A stretch of 64,000 bases of DNA, taken from the NCBI GenBank assembly GCA_017853275.1, contig JAFMJV010000010.1, positions 420 through 64,419 on the forward strand. Reading direction: 5' to 3'. The stretch comes from Chloroflexota bacterium (GTDB lineage Bacteria; Chloroflexota; Limnocylindria; Limnocylindrales; CSP1-4). The notes beneath the pieces are model-generated. The model had not been told where the DNA came from. It did no database searches and saw nothing but the letters and a program-made list of their open reading frames with translations. The position numbers were made by a program, and so were the translations under genes. This document shows positions 1 through 13,862 of the stretch, piece by piece; position 1 is the first letter of the stretch; each line of letters starts with the position of its first letter.

Positions 1-66
1 GTCACCGATCTCCCCGAGAAGAAGGAGGCGGCGCCGGCCGGCGGCCACTCCCACGACGACTACTAG
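1..66 (+). CDS. 3' end of an upstream CDS; the tail loosely resembles a chaperonin (GroEL) C-terminus
   Basis: Frame 1 reads VTDLPEKKEAAPAGGHSHDDY then TAG at 64-66. The acidic/His-rich tail after 'PEKK' resembles GroEL tails. Only 21 aa are visible. Confidence 0.3.
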   Translation, partial: VTDLPEKKEAAPAGGHSHDDY

Positions 67-87
67 GTCGTCACACCCGAACCCAGG

Positions 88-121
88 ACGAGACCCGGGC
101 CCCGTCGGGCCCGGGTCTCGT
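88..121 (+). terminator. Perfect 15-bp GC-rich hairpin (intrinsic-terminator-like) after the upstream CDS
   Basis: acgagacccgggccc (88-102), loop cgtc, gggcccgggtctcgt (107-121). There is no clear U-tract, which is common in high-GC genomes. Confidence 0.55.
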
Positions 122-139
122 GATTCCCGGCCCGGCCGG

Positions 140-145
140 TAGAAT
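140..145 (+). promoter_or_regulatory. -10-like hexamer TAGAAT, 6 nt upstream of the tdk ATG (candidate leaderless promoter)
   Basis: An AT-rich hexamer in otherwise GC-rich DNA. ATG at 152. Confidence 0.5.
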
Positions 146-151
146 CAGCGG

Positions 152-769
152 ATGCAGGGCGGCTGGATCCACGTCATCACCGGGTGCATGTTCAGCGGCA
201 AGACGGACGAGCTCCTCCGGCTCCTCCGGCGCGCCGAGATCGCGGGACGCCGGATCGTCCTCGTCCGTCCCACGCTGGATGACCGGACGCGGCCGGAGGT
301 CGTGGAATCGCGGAGCGGGGTCGCCTTCCGTGCCCGTCCGGTGACCGGCGCCGCGGCGATCCCGGCGATCGTCACCACCGAGCGCTCTTCCGTCGTCGCG
401 ATCGACGAGGCCCAGTTCTTCGACCCCGAGCTCCCCGAGATCGTGGAGCTCCTCGCCGCCGAGGGGCGGACCGTCCTCGTCTCCGGCCTGGACCAGGACT
501 TCCTCGGCCGCCCCTTCAACACGATGCCCTCCCTCCTCGCGCTCGCCGACCAGGTGACGAAGCTGACCGCGATCTGCACCGTCTGCGGGGCGGATGCGAC
601 CCGCACCCAGCGGATGGTGGGCGGACGCCCCGCCGCGGCGGACGACCCGCTGATCGTCGTCGGCGGGATGCACGACGACCGCTACGAGGCGCGCTGCCGG
701 GCCCACCACGTGATCGGGGGCGCCCGCGGCGCGATCCCGCTCGCGCTCGACCTCTCGTCCGGCTCCTGA
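152..769 (+). CDS. tdk: Thymidine kinase
   Basis: 205 aa. P-loop 'ITGCMFSGKTDELLR'; 'VVAIDEAQFF'; C-terminal Zn-binding 'CTVCGADATRTQR ... CRAHH'. Confidence 0.92.
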   Translation: MQGGWIHVITGCMFSGKTDELLRLLRRAEIAGRRIVLVRPTLDDRTRPEVVESRSGVAFRARPVTGAAAIPAIVTTERSSVVAIDEAQFFDPELPEIVELLAAEGRTVLVSGLDQDFLGRPFNTMPSLLALADQVTKLTAICTVCGADATRTQRMVGGRPAAADDPLIVVGGMHDDRYEARCRAHHVIGGARGAIPLALDLSSGS

Positions 770-803
770 ACACCCCGTGCAGGCGGCGCGCAGGGCCGCC
801 CCG

Positions 804-809
804 TAGAAT
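804..809 (+). promoter_or_regulatory. -10-like hexamer TAGAAT, 6 nt upstream of the pcrA GTG (candidate leaderless promoter)
   Basis: The same hexamer and spacing as at tdk. GTG at 816. Confidence 0.5.
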
Positions 810-815
810 CGCCCG

Positions 816-5737
<4,922 letters not shown>

Positions 5738-5741
5738 CGGC

Positions 5742-5747
5742 TATCCT
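5742..5747 (+). promoter_or_regulatory. -10-like hexamer TATCCT, 7 nt upstream of the gatC ATG (candidate leaderless promoter)
   Basis: ctatccttc is shared with the secG and tRNA-Leu promoter blocks. ATG at 5755. Confidence 0.45.
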
Positions 5748-5754
5748 TCCCGAC

Positions 5755-6054
5755 ATGGCCAGCCTCACCCGGGCGGACGTCGAGCACGTCGCCCATCTTG
5801 CCCGGCTCGGTCTCTCCGCGGACGAGGTGACGCGGATGGAGACCGACCTCGACCTCATCCTCACGATGTTCGCCGTCCTGGACGAGCTCGACACGGACGG
5901 GATCGCCCCCACCGCCCAGACGATCGAGGTCGAGAGCATCCTCCGTGCGGACCTCCCCCGGCCGAGCCTGAGCCAGGAGGAGGCCCTCGCGAACGCGCCG
6001 GAGCAGAGCGGCGGTTACGTCGTCGTCCCCGCGATCCTCGGCGACGGCGCGTAG
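5755..6054 (+). CDS. gatC: Asp/Glu-tRNA amidotransferase subunit C
   Basis: 99 aa: 'MASLTRADVEHVAHLARLGLSADEVTRMETDLDLIL...'. Uses an internal ATG of the longer ORF 4885..6054, whose upstream part overlaps ligA. Confidence 0.9.
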   Translation: MASLTRADVEHVAHLARLGLSADEVTRMETDLDLILTMFAVLDELDTDGIAPTAQTIEVESILRADLPRPSLSQEEALANAPEQSGGYVVVPAILGDGA

Positions 6055-6060
6055 CCCCTC

Positions 6061-7635
6061 ATGAGCACGGACCGCAGCCTCACCCGCCTCCATGCCCACG
6101 AGATGGCTGCCGGCCTGCGCGCCGGCCGCTTCTCCGCGGGCGAGCTCCTCGCGGCGCATCTCGCCCTCATCGAAGGCCAGGATCGGGCGCTGAATGCGTG
6201 GGTCTCGCTCGATGCGCCCGGGGCTCGTGCCGCGGCCGCCGACGCGGATGCCCGGATCGCCGCGGCCCGCGCCGAGGGCGCTGCCGCGCTCGCGGCGCTC
6301 CCCGCCCTCCTCGGCATCCCGGTCGGCCTGAAGGACCTCGTCGTCACGCGCGGGCAGCCCTCCACCGCCGGGAGCCGGATCCTCGCGGGCTTCCGCGGCC
6401 CGTACGACGCCCATATCGCCGAGCGGCTCGCGGCGGCCGGTGCGGTGATCCCCGGCAAGACGAACATGGACGAGTTCGCGATGGGCTCCTCCACGGAGCA
6501 TTCCGCGTGGGGCGCCACGGCGAACCCCTGGGACCTGGATCGCGTCCCCGGCGGCTCCTCCGGCGGCTCGGCCGCCGCGGTGGCGGCCTACCACGTGCCG
6601 GTCGCGATCGGGACCGATACGGGCGGCAGCATCCGCCAGCCCGCTGCCGTGACCGGCACGGTGGGGATGAAGCCGACCTACGGGCGGGTGAGCCGCTACG
6701 GGATCATCGCCTTCGCGAGCTCGCTCGACCAGGTCGGCCCCTTCGCCCGTGACGTCCGCGATGCCGCCCTCCTCCTCGGCGCGGTCGCCGGGCGCGACGA
6801 CCGCGATTCGACCTCCTCCGCCCTCCCCGTGCCGGACTACGCGGCGGCCCTGCCGGAGGACCGGGACCGGGCGGCCGGGATCCTCCGCGGGCTGCGCCTC
6901 GGGCTCCCGCGCCAGTACTTCGTGGACGGGATGGAGCCGGAGGTCGAGGCCCGGATCCGCGAGGCCGTTGCGGCGCTCGCGGCGGCCGGGGCGGAGATCG
7001 TCGAGGTCGACCTTCCGCACACGGGATACGGCCTGGCGACCTACTACATCATCGCCCCGGCGGAGGCCTCGGCGAACCTTGCCCGACACGACGGGATCCG
7101 CTACGGCCGCTCCGTCCGGGAGGGCGACGTCCTCGGGAGCTACCTCGCGACGCGCGGAGAGGGCTTCGGGCCGGAGGTGAAGCGGCGGATCATGCTCGGG
7201 ACCTACGCGCTCTCCGCGGGCTACTACGACGCCTACTACCTGAAGGCGCAGAAGGTGCGGACCCTCATCAAGGAGGACTTCGACCGCGCCTTCACCCGGG
7301 TGGACGCGCTGATCGCGCCCTCCACGCCGACCGTCGCCTTCCCGCTCGGGGCGCGGACCGGGGATCCGCTCGCGATGTACCTCTCGGATATCTGCACGAT
7401 CCCCGTGAACGCCGCCGGCCTCCCGGCTCTCTCCGTCCCCTGCGGCCTCGCGGACGGCCTCCCGGTCGGCCTCCAGCTGATCGGCCAGGCCTGGGATGAG
7501 GCGCGTCTCTTCGCGATCGGGCGTGCCTGGGAGGCGATCGATGCGGACGCCCCGTGGCGCCGCCTGGAGCCCGCGGCCCTGCCGCGCCTGGACGATCCGG
7601 CGACCCCGTCGATGAAGGGCCGCGCGCAGGCCTGA
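6061..7635 (+). CDS. gatA: Asp/Glu-tRNA amidotransferase subunit A
   Basis: 524 aa. Amidase signature '[13 protein letters not shown]' and '[13 protein letters not shown]'. Confidence 0.95.
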   Translation: MSTDRSLTRLHAHEMAAGLRAGRFSAGELLAAHLALIEGQDRALNAWVSLDAPGARAAAADADARIAAARAEGAAALAALPALLGIPVGLKDLVVTRGQPSTAGSRILAGFRGPYDAHIAERLAAAGAVIPGKTNMDEFAMGSSTEHSAWGATANPWDLDRVPGGSSGGSAAAVAAYHVPVAIGTDTGGSIRQPAAVTGTVGMKPTYGRVSRYGIIAFASSLDQVGPFARDVRDAALLLGAVAGRDDRDSTSSALPVPDYAAALPEDRDRAAGILRGLRLGLPRQYFVDGMEPEVEARIREAVAALAAAGAEIVEVDLPHTGYGLATYYIIAPAEASANLARHDGIRYGRSVREGDVLGSYLATRGEGFGPEVKRRIMLGTYALSAGYYDAYYLKAQKVRTLIKEDFDRAFTRVDALIAPSTPTVAFPLGARTGDPLAMYLSDICTIPVNAAGLPALSVPCGLADGLPVGLQLIGQAWDEARLFAIGRAWEAIDADAPWRRLEPAALPRLDDPATPSMKGRAQA

Positions 7636-7644
7636 CGCCGGCGG

Positions 7645-8496
7645 CTAGAGCGCGTCGAGGGCGTCCTTCCGGCGCGCCGCGGCCTCCTCGGCATCGATCG
7701 ATCCGTCCGCCTCCCGGCGCGCGACCTCGGCAAGGGCGTCGAGCGCCGCCTCCGCGACGGGGCCGGGCCCGCCGCCGGCCGCCTCCTCGCCCGCGACGGC
7801 GTCCGACCCCTCCGCGACGGGAGCCACCTCCGGCTCGGGGACCGGCTCGGGCTCCGGCTCGGGCGGTGGTGCCGCGGCGAGCGCCTCGGCGGTCCCGGCG
7901 AGCGCATCCACGACCGGGGGGAGGGCATCCTCGGGGTCCGACTCGCCGGCCGCCGCACGGGCCGCGGCCGCACGGGCCGCTGCACGCTCGGCCGCCATCC
8001 GCTCCTGGCCGGTGGTGATCGCCTCGCGGATGCGACCGGGCGCGCGCAGGTCCCGCAGGTCGACCGGGGACGCCCCCTCGATGACGAGGAGGAGGTCTCC
8101 GTATCCGAGGCGCTCGCCCAGGGGACCGTCCCGGCGGACGACATCGATGATCCGCTCCAGCGGGGGTTCCGCGGTGACCCGACCGGAGAGCCCCTCCGTG
8201 CGCACGACCCGCCGGTCCGTGACGATGACCCGGACGGTCCGCCAGCGGACCCAGAGGCCGACGAGCAGGACGATCCCGCCGATCGCGAGCCCGAGCGCGA
8301 GGAGCCCGACGAGGGCGTCGACGATGCCGAGGAGGCCGGCCTCGTTGGGGATCGCGAGACCGAGCCCGAAGGCGGCTGCGGCAGCGAAGAGGAAGGGGAC
8401 CGCGGGCGCACCGACCGCGAGGAAGGCGGCGGGGTGGTGGCGCGCCGCGATGAGCTCGGTCTCGCCGGGGACGAGCGGCGGTCGGACGGCCGGCAT
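7645..8496 (-). CDS. Membrane protein with a bacterial PH (bPH_2/YdbT-like, DUF304) domain and an acidic Ala/Glu/Pro-rich tail
   Basis: 283 aa from ATG 8496. 'LVPGETELIAARHHP', two TM helices, then 'VIVTDRRVVRTEGLSGRVTAEPPLERIIDV...GYGDLLLVIEG'; tail contains 'PEPEPEPVPEPE'. AGGAGAA lies about 11 nt upstream. The rest of ORF 7645..10110 is antisense to the aminotransferase. Confidence 0.7.
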   Translation of the reverse strand: MPAVRPPLVPGETELIAARHHPAAFLAVGAPAVPFLFAAAAAFGLGLAIPNEAGLLGIVDALVGLLALGLAIGGIVLLVGLWVRWRTVRVIVTDRRVVRTEGLSGRVTAEPPLERIIDVVRRDGPLGERLGYGDLLLVIEGASPVDLRDLRAPGRIREAITTGQERMAAERAAARAAAARAAAGESDPEDALPPVVDALAGTAEALAAAPPPEPEPEPVPEPEVAPVAEGSDAVAGEEAAGGGPGPVAEAALDALAEVARREADGSIDAEEAAARRKDALDAL

Positions 8497-8630
8497 CGGG
8501 GCGGCTTCTCCTGCAAGGCTCCGCTCGGCGGCGTCGGGCCGGCGCCGTGCGGCGGGCTGTGGCGTAGTGTCGCACGCTCCGCCCCCGAGGTGCGACGACG
8601 ACCCCCCACGCGGCCCGGGCGGGCCTTCCG

Positions 8631-8636
8631 TATACT
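8631..8636 (+). promoter_or_regulatory. -10-like hexamer TATACT, 10 nt upstream of the GTG at 8647
   Basis: An AT-rich hexamer in the divergent intergenic region 8497-8646. Confidence 0.4.
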
Positions 8637-8646
8637 CCCGCCACCC

Positions 8647-9849
8647 GTGTCCGACCGAGCGACTCCCCCGACCCCCCCGAGCACCGTACGCGAGCGTCTC
8701 TCCGCGCGCGTCCGGAGCGTCCCGCCCTCCGGGATCCGCCGCTTCTTCGATGTCGCCGCCACGATGCCCGATGTCATCAGCCTCGGGGTGGGGGAGCCGG
8801 ACTTCGATACCCCGCCCCAGGTGGTGGAGGCGGGGATCGCCGCGCTCCGTGCGGGACGGACCCACTACACGAGCAACTACGGGACCCTCGAGCTGCGCCG
8901 GGAGCTCGCCGCTCACCTCGAGCGCCGCTACGGGGTCGGCTACGACCCGGCGACCGAGATCGTCATCACCGTGGGCGCCTCGGAGGCCGTGGCGGTCGCC
9001 TGCGCGGCGATCATCGACCCCGGGGACGAGGTCCTTCTGCACGACCCGTCCTATGTCGCCTACGTGCCCGGGATCGTCTTCGCGGGCGGGGTTCCGGTCC
9101 ACATCCCGACCCGCCACGAGGATGCCTGGGAGCTCGACCCGGCGGCGGTGGAGGCGGCGATCACGCCGCGCACGAAGGCGCTCTTCCTCGGCTACCCGTG
9201 CAACCCGACCGGGGCCGTCCTCGACCCCGCCCGGCTCCGCGCGCTGGCGGAGATCGCCGAGCGCCACGACCTTCTCGTCATCAGCGACGAGATCTACGAC
9301 CGTCTCGTCTACGGCGGCCGCCGGCACGAGGCCTTCAGCGCCCTGCCGGGGATGCGCGACCGGACGATCCTTCTCGGCGGCTTCTCCAAGGCCTATGCGA
9401 TGACGGGCTGGCGGGTCGGCTGGGCGTGCGCGCCCAGGGACCTCCTCGAGGGGATCCTGAAGATCCACCAGTACGAGATCATGTCCGCCCCCACGATCGC
9501 CCAGGATGCGGCGCTCGCCGCCCTCCGGACCGCCGAGCCGGACGTGGAGCGGATGGTCGCGGAGTACGACCGGCGGCGCCGGACCTTCACGGAGGGGCTG
9601 CGCCGGATCGGCCTCCCGGTCGCCGACCCGCTCGGCGCCTTCTATGCCTTCCCGCGCGTCTCGGGGACCGGCCTCACGAGCGAGACCTTCGCCGAGCGGC
9701 TCCTCTTCGAGCAGCAGGTCGCGGTCGTGCCCGGCGATGCCTTCGGGCCATCGGGCGCCGGGCATGTCCGGTGCTCGCTCGCCACGAGCCACGCGAAGCT
9801 CGTCACCGCCCTCGAGCGGATCGAGCGCTTCCTCGGCAGCCTCGGATGA
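8647..9849 (+). CDS. PLP-dependent aminotransferase, class I/II (aspartate/aromatic type)
   Basis: 'SGIRRFFDVA', 'ISLGVGEPDFDTP', 'NPTGAV', PLP-Lys motif 'GGFSKAYAMTGWRVG'. The GTG 8647 start is inferred; the ORF opens at 8434. Confidence 0.88.
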   Translation: MSDRATPPTPPSTVRERLSARVRSVPPSGIRRFFDVAATMPDVISLGVGEPDFDTPPQVVEAGIAALRAGRTHYTSNYGTLELRRELAAHLERRYGVGYDPATEIVITVGASEAVAVACAAIIDPGDEVLLHDPSYVAYVPGIVFAGGVPVHIPTRHEDAWELDPAAVEAAITPRTKALFLGYPCNPTGAVLDPARLRALAEIAERHDLLVISDEIYDRLVYGGRRHEAFSALPGMRDRTILLGGFSKAYAMTGWRVGWACAPRDLLEGILKIHQYEIMSAPTIAQDAALAALRTAEPDVERMVAEYDRRRRTFTEGLRRIGLPVADPLGAFYAFPRVSGTGLTSETFAERLLFEQQVAVVPGDAFGPSGAGHVRCSLATSHAKLVTALERIERFLGSLG

Positions 9850-9853
9850 GCCG

Positions 9854-11320
9854 GTGACGAGCGCCGTGGCGACCGGCTGGGAGGCGGTCATCGGGATCGA
9901 GTGCCACGTCCAGCTCCGGACGGCCTCGAAGATGTTCTGCGGCTGCTCCACCGACTTCCAGGCGGCCCCGCCCAACAGCCACACCTGCCCGGTCTGCCTC
10001 GGCCTCCCGGGCGCGCTCCCGGTGATCAACGAGGCGGCGGTCCGCCACGTCCTCGCCGCGGGGATGGCGATCGGTGGCCGGCTCCTGCCGATCACCCGCT
10101 GGGACCGCAAGAACTACTTCTATCCCGACCTCCCCAAGGGCTACCAGATCAGCCAGTACGACCTGCCGCTCGTCCTCGGTGGCTCGCTCACCTTCGAGAC
10201 ATCGGAGGGCCCGGTGACGATCGCGATCACCCGTGCCCATCTCGAGGAGGACACGGCGCGGCTCGTCCACCGGCGTCTCGAGGACGGCCGCGACGTGAGC
10301 CTCGTGGACTACAACCGCTCCGGGACGCCGCTCATGGAGATCGTCACCGACCCGGTCGTGCGGACCGCGGAGCAGGCGCGGCGCTATGCCGAAGAGCTGC
10401 GGCTCCTCCTCGTCACGATCGGCGCCTCGGAGGCCGCCCTCGAGAACGGCCAGATGCGGGTGGAGGCGAACATCTCGCTCCGCCGTCCGGGGACCGAGGC
10501 GTTCGGCACCCGGGTCGAGGTGAAGAACATGAACTCCTTCCGCTCCGTCGAGCGAGCGGTCGCCTTCGAGATCGAGCGGCAGGCGAAGGCGCTCGATGCC
10601 GGTGAGCCGCTCATCCAGGAGACGCGCGGCTGGGACGACGATCGCGGCCTGACCTACCGGATGCGGATCAAGGAATCCTCGGACGACTACCGCTACTTCC
10701 CGGAGCCGGATCTCCCCCCGCTCCACGTGGACGCGAGCTGGCTCGAGGCGGTCCGGGCGGCGATGCCGGAGCTGCCGGCCGCCCGCCGCGCCCGCTACGC
10801 CGAGCTCGGGATCCCCGCCGCGGACGCGGTGACGATCGTCGCGGACGCCGGGGCGACCGCGCTCCTCGACGCCGCGCTCGCCGCCGGGCCGTCGCTCGCG
10901 CCCCGGAAGGTGGCGAACTGGGTCGTGGGCGAGTACCTCCGGCTCGCCAAGGGGGAGGCGGGGGCCACGGCGGTCGCCGGGGTCTCCGGCGCCGAGCTCG
11001 CTGCGCTCGTCACGATGGTGGAGGCGGGCGAGCTCTCCGGGACGAACGCGAAGGAGGTCTTCGCGCGCCATGCCGCGGAGGGCCGGCCGGTGGCGGCGAT
11101 CGTCGCGGAGGCAGGCTTCCGCCAGGTGAACGACACCGATGCGCTCCGGACGGCGATCGCGGAGATCCTCGCGGCGAACCCCGCCGCGGTCGCGGACGTG
11201 CGGGCAGGGAAGGGCCAGGCGATCGGCTTCCTCACCGGACAGGTGATGAAGGCGACCCGCGGACAGGCGAACGCAGCGCTCGTGGGGCAGCTCCTCCGCG
11301 AGGCGCTCGAGCAGGCGTAG
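9854..11320 (+). CDS. gatB: Asp/Glu-tRNA amidotransferase subunit B
   Basis: 'WEAVIGIECHVQLRTASKMFCGCS', 'NSHTCPVCLGLPGALP', 'MRVEANISLR', C-terminal GatB/YqeY-like domain. GTG 9854 lies 4 nt after the aminotransferase stop. Confidence 0.93.
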   Translation: MTSAVATGWEAVIGIECHVQLRTASKMFCGCSTDFQAAPPNSHTCPVCLGLPGALPVINEAAVRHVLAAGMAIGGRLLPITRWDRKNYFYPDLPKGYQISQYDLPLVLGGSLTFETSEGPVTIAITRAHLEEDTARLVHRRLEDGRDVSLVDYNRSGTPLMEIVTDPVVRTAEQARRYAEELRLLLVTIGASEAALENGQMRVEANISLRRPGTEAFGTRVEVKNMNSFRSVERAVAFEIERQAKALDAGEPLIQETRGWDDDRGLTYRMRIKESSDDYRYFPEPDLPPLHVDASWLEAVRAAMPELPAARRARYAELGIPAADAVTIVADAGATALLDAALAAGPSLAPRKVANWVVGEYLRLAKGEAGATAVAGVSGAELAALVTMVEAGELSGTNAKEVFARHAAEGRPVAAIVAEAGFRQVNDTDALRTAIAEILAANPAAVADVRAGKGQAIGFLTGQVMKATRGQANAALVGQLLREALEQA

Positions 11321-11322
11321 GC

Positions 11323-11601
11323 GTGCCGGTGGGAGCCCTCCTCCTCGTGGCAGGGATCGCCCTCCTGGCGATCGGGCTCGTGACCGTCCGCGGGCCGCTC
11401 GCCCGCCTTCGTGCCCTCCAGGCGACCCAGGCGAACCTCGCCCGCTACGACGACTGGCGCGGCGCGCGCCTGCGGCCCGAGCCGGGCGAGAAGACCGGCG
11501 CCGACCGGATGGCAGAGCTCCTCCGCCGCCAGGTGATCGTGCGCGGCGGGATCGCGGCGGTGGGGGCCGTCCTCGCCTTCGCGGGGCTCCTCGTCCGCTG
11601 A
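11323..11601 (+). CDS. Small two-TM membrane protein of unknown function, 2 nt downstream of gatB
   Basis: 92 aa. Hydrophobic N- and C-terminal helices ('ALLLVAGIALLAIGLV', 'IAAVGAVLAFAGLLV') flank a basic loop. No motif recognised. Confidence 0.45.
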   Translation: MPVGALLLVAGIALLAIGLVTVRGPLARLRALQATQANLARYDDWRGARLRPEPGEKTGADRMAELLRRQVIVRGGIAAVGAVLAFAGLLVR

Positions 11602-11607
11602 CCGACC

Positions 11608-11629
11608 GGGCCGCGCTCGGCGCGAGCCC
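11608..11629. terminator. GC hairpin between convergent genes (possible bidirectional terminator)
   Basis: gggccgcgc-tcg-gcgcg(a)gccc: 9 bp with one bulge, in the 39-nt convergent gap. Confidence 0.4.
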
Positions 11630-11640
11630 CCGAGCAGCCT

Positions 11641-12123
11641 TCAGCGGCCGATCCGGCGCAGCTCGATCGCGGTGCAGCGGTCCATGACGACCGGGAGCCC
11701 GGCCGCGTGGGCGATCGCGGCGCCCTCCCAGTCGATGACCCCGAGCTGGAGCCAGAGCGCGCGGCAGCCGGTGGCGACCGCGCTCGCGGCGATCCCCGGG
11801 ACGTGCTCCGGCCGGCGGAAGACATCGACGATGTCGAAGGGTCCGCCGTCCTCCACCGCCGCCTCCAGCGTCGGCCAGGCCCGCTGCCCGAGGACGACGT
11901 CCACCCCCGGGTTGATCGGGACGCACGTGTAGCCCGCGGCGAGCAGCGCGGCCATCACCCCGTGGGAGGGGCGGAACGGGTCCGGCGAGGCCCCCACGAT
12001 CGCGATCCGGCGGGCCGCCGCAAGGAGCGCCACGGATGCCGGTCCGTCCAGGACGGGGACGGCCCCCCGGCCCTCCTCGAGGTCGAGCATCGCCCGGGCG
12101 CGCGCCCGCTCCTCCGCCGTCAT
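11641..12123 (-). CDS. CoA-binding domain protein (YccU/YneT-like)
   Basis: 160 aa from ATG 12123. 'RIAIVGASPDPFRPSHGVMAALLAAGYTCVPINP...DIVDVFRRPEHVPGI...LWLQLGV'. The ATG overlaps the stop of the upstream M14 gene (ATGA). Confidence 0.8.
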   Translation of the reverse strand: MTAEERARARAMLDLEEGRGAVPVLDGPASVALLAAARRIAIVGASPDPFRPSHGVMAALLAAGYTCVPINPGVDVVLGQRAWPTLEAAVEDGGPFDIVDVFRRPEHVPGIAASAVATGCRALWLQLGVIDWEGAAIAHAAGLPVVMDRCTAIELRRIGR

Positions 12124-13805
12124 CCCGCGGACTCCGGCTCCGTCGCCACGCGGACGTCGTCCACCCCGGCCTCGAGCGACCCGCTCCCCGGCGCGGCGTA
12201 CGCGATCAGCTCCAGCGCGACCCGCTCCCCCGCGAAGCGCGGATCGAGGGCGATCGCGAGGTTCCGCAGCCGCGCGACCCGCGGGCTTCCGTTCCCGGCC
12301 ACCGCGAGGAGGACCTGGGGCTCGATCGCGGGATCCTCCGCGACGATCCGGATCGTCAGCCCGTCCCCCGGTCCTGTCCCCGCGCCGAGGCCGAGCCACC
12401 ACGCGAGACGGACGGTCGTCGTCCCCTCGGCGGGGATGAGGAAGGTGGGGGAGCGGACGCTTGTCGTCCCGTCCCGGACCGGGTCGTCCGGAGCCGGACC
12501 GGTGACGAGCGCATCCCGGCCGGATCGGACCCGCCCGGGCTGGAGGCCGTCCGGGCGCGGATCCGCGCGCCGCCAGATCCCCACGGTCGCATCGTCCGTC
12601 CCCGCCGGATCGACCGTCCAGCCGGATCCGCCCTCGAGGTCATCCGCGAAGGTCCCGCACCACTGGGACGCGGCGCGCGTGAGGGACCAGGGGCAGCCGG
12701 CCGCCTCGATGAGCGTGAGGAGCGCGGCCCGGGGACGGCGGAGGAGCCCGGGGAGCCGCTCGTCCGGCAGGTAGTAGCGGTCCGATGTGGCGATCGCCCC
12801 GCGCGCCGGGGAGAGCTCGAGCGTGAAGGAGTGGATCCGCTGCCGCGCGTACATCCAGTCGATCATGTCCCCATCCGTGGGGTACATCGCGCTCGACTGC
12901 ATCGCGCGGTAGCCGGCCTGGGCGGCCATCCGGCGGGCGAGGAGGCGGAAGGCGGAGAGATCGAGACGGGTCATCTCCGGGCCACGGTCGGCGCGGGTAT
13001 AGGCCCACGGGTAGAGGACGAGCTCGCCGGTCGTGTGGAGGCTGGCGTGCGTCCGGATCCGCTGCCGCCCGTCCACGATCCGGGAGAGGACGAAGTCGCG
13101 GAGGACCCGGACCTCCGGCGCCTGCCACGGCCGGGTCCCGCGGTAGTTCTCCGAGGCGGGGATCCCGGATGAGCCGCCGCAGCAGCCCCAGCGGTAGCCC
13201 CAGGTCCGGTTCAGGTCCAGGCCCACGGCGGAGCTCCCCGGGATCGGCTGGCGGTTCTTCCGCCATGCCGCGTACCACGAAGCCCCACCCGGGCCCCAGG
13301 GGCGGACCGGCGCGGAGAGGTCGTAGGCGAGCCCATCCGGGTCGAGCATCGGGACGACCCAGATCACCCGCTCGTCCACGAGGCGCGTCACGCGCCGGCC
13401 GACCGGCGAGCTCTCCCCGTAGCGCTCCACGAGGAACCGGACGAGGTCGAGCGCGGCTTCCGCGGAGAGGTGCTCGCGGGCGTGGTGGAGGCCGTCGACG
13501 AGAACCTCCGGCTCCCCCTCGTCCGCAGGGTCGTTCGCGCCGTCCGTGATCTTCGCGAGGAGGATCGGGCGGCCCTCCGCCGTGCGGCCGATCGCGCGGA
13601 CGTGGAGGATCTCCGGGTGCGCCCTCTCGAGCGCGGCGAGCTCGGCTGCGACCTCCGGGTACGAGTGGTATCCCGAATCGCCCGGGGGGTAGTCCGGATC
13701 GGCGGCGCGTCCCACGACCGGGAGGATCGCGACCACGAGGGCGGCGATGGCCAGGGCGCCGAGGATCCGGGGCCGGCGCTGCAGGCGGGTCATGCGGTCG
13801 GACAC
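12120..13805 (-). CDS. Secreted M14-family zinc carboxypeptidase with an extra C-terminal beta-rich domain
   Basis: Signal-like 'RILGALAIAALVVAILPVVGRA'. 'YHSYPEVAAELAALERAHPE', Zn motif 'GLHHAREHLS'. About 190-aa C-terminal domain of unknown type. Start is GTG 13805 or ATG 13793. Confidence 0.82.
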   Translation of the reverse strand: MSDRMTRLQRRPRILGALAIAALVVAILPVVGRAADPDYPPGDSGYHSYPEVAAELAALERAHPEILHVRAIGRTAEGRPILLAKITDGANDPADEGEPEVLVDGLHHAREHLSAEAALDLVRFLVERYGESSPVGRRVTRLVDERVIWVVPMLDPDGLAYDLSAPVRPWGPGGASWYAAWRKNRQPIPGSSAVGLDLNRTWGYRWGCCGGSSGIPASENYRGTRPWQAPEVRVLRDFVLSRIVDGRQRIRTHASLHTTGELVLYPWAYTRADRGPEMTRLDLSAFRLLARRMAAQAGYRAMQSSAMYPTDGDMIDWMYARQRIHSFTLELSPARGAIATSDRYYLPDERLPGLLRRPRAALLTLIEAAGCPWSLTRAASQWCGTFADDLEGGSGWTVDPAGTDDATVGIWRRADPRPDGLQPGRVRSGRDALVTGPAPDDPVRDGTTSVRSPTFLIPAEGTTTVRLAWWLGLGAGTGPGDGLTIRIVAEDPAIEPQVLLAVAGNGSPRVARLRNLAIALDPRFAGERVALELIAYAAPGSGSLEAGVDDVRVATEPESAG

Positions 13806-13815
13806 CGGCGCATCC

Positions 13816-13821
13816 TATACT
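13816..13821 (+). promoter_or_regulatory. -10-like hexamer TATACT upstream of the REC/HD-GYP operon
   Basis: Followed about 30 nt later by GGGAGG (13852-13857) and GTG 13863. Confidence 0.4.
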
Positions 13822-13862
13822 CCCCACGGGTCCGACCGGACCGGAACGAGCGGGAGGCACGG

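Noticed and set aside
8497-10110. The upstream part of ORF 7645..10110(-), and the upstream parts of ORFs 8434..9849, 9506..11320, 13470..14933, 14246..15646, 28663..31530, 48056..49594, 53608..54684 and 56667..58118.
   Set aside because: Homology-like sequence begins at internal ATG or GTG codons. The upstream portions overlap neighbouring genes and look like shadow sequence.
13803-13821. Shared palindromic -10 regions for divergent promoters: cctatact/agtatagg at 13814-13821, and gatacgat/atcgtatc at 46349-46356.
   Set aside because: The minus-strand readings (TATAGG, TCGTAT) lack the conserved A2 or T6 positions. Only the plus-strand hexamers look like credible -10 elements.
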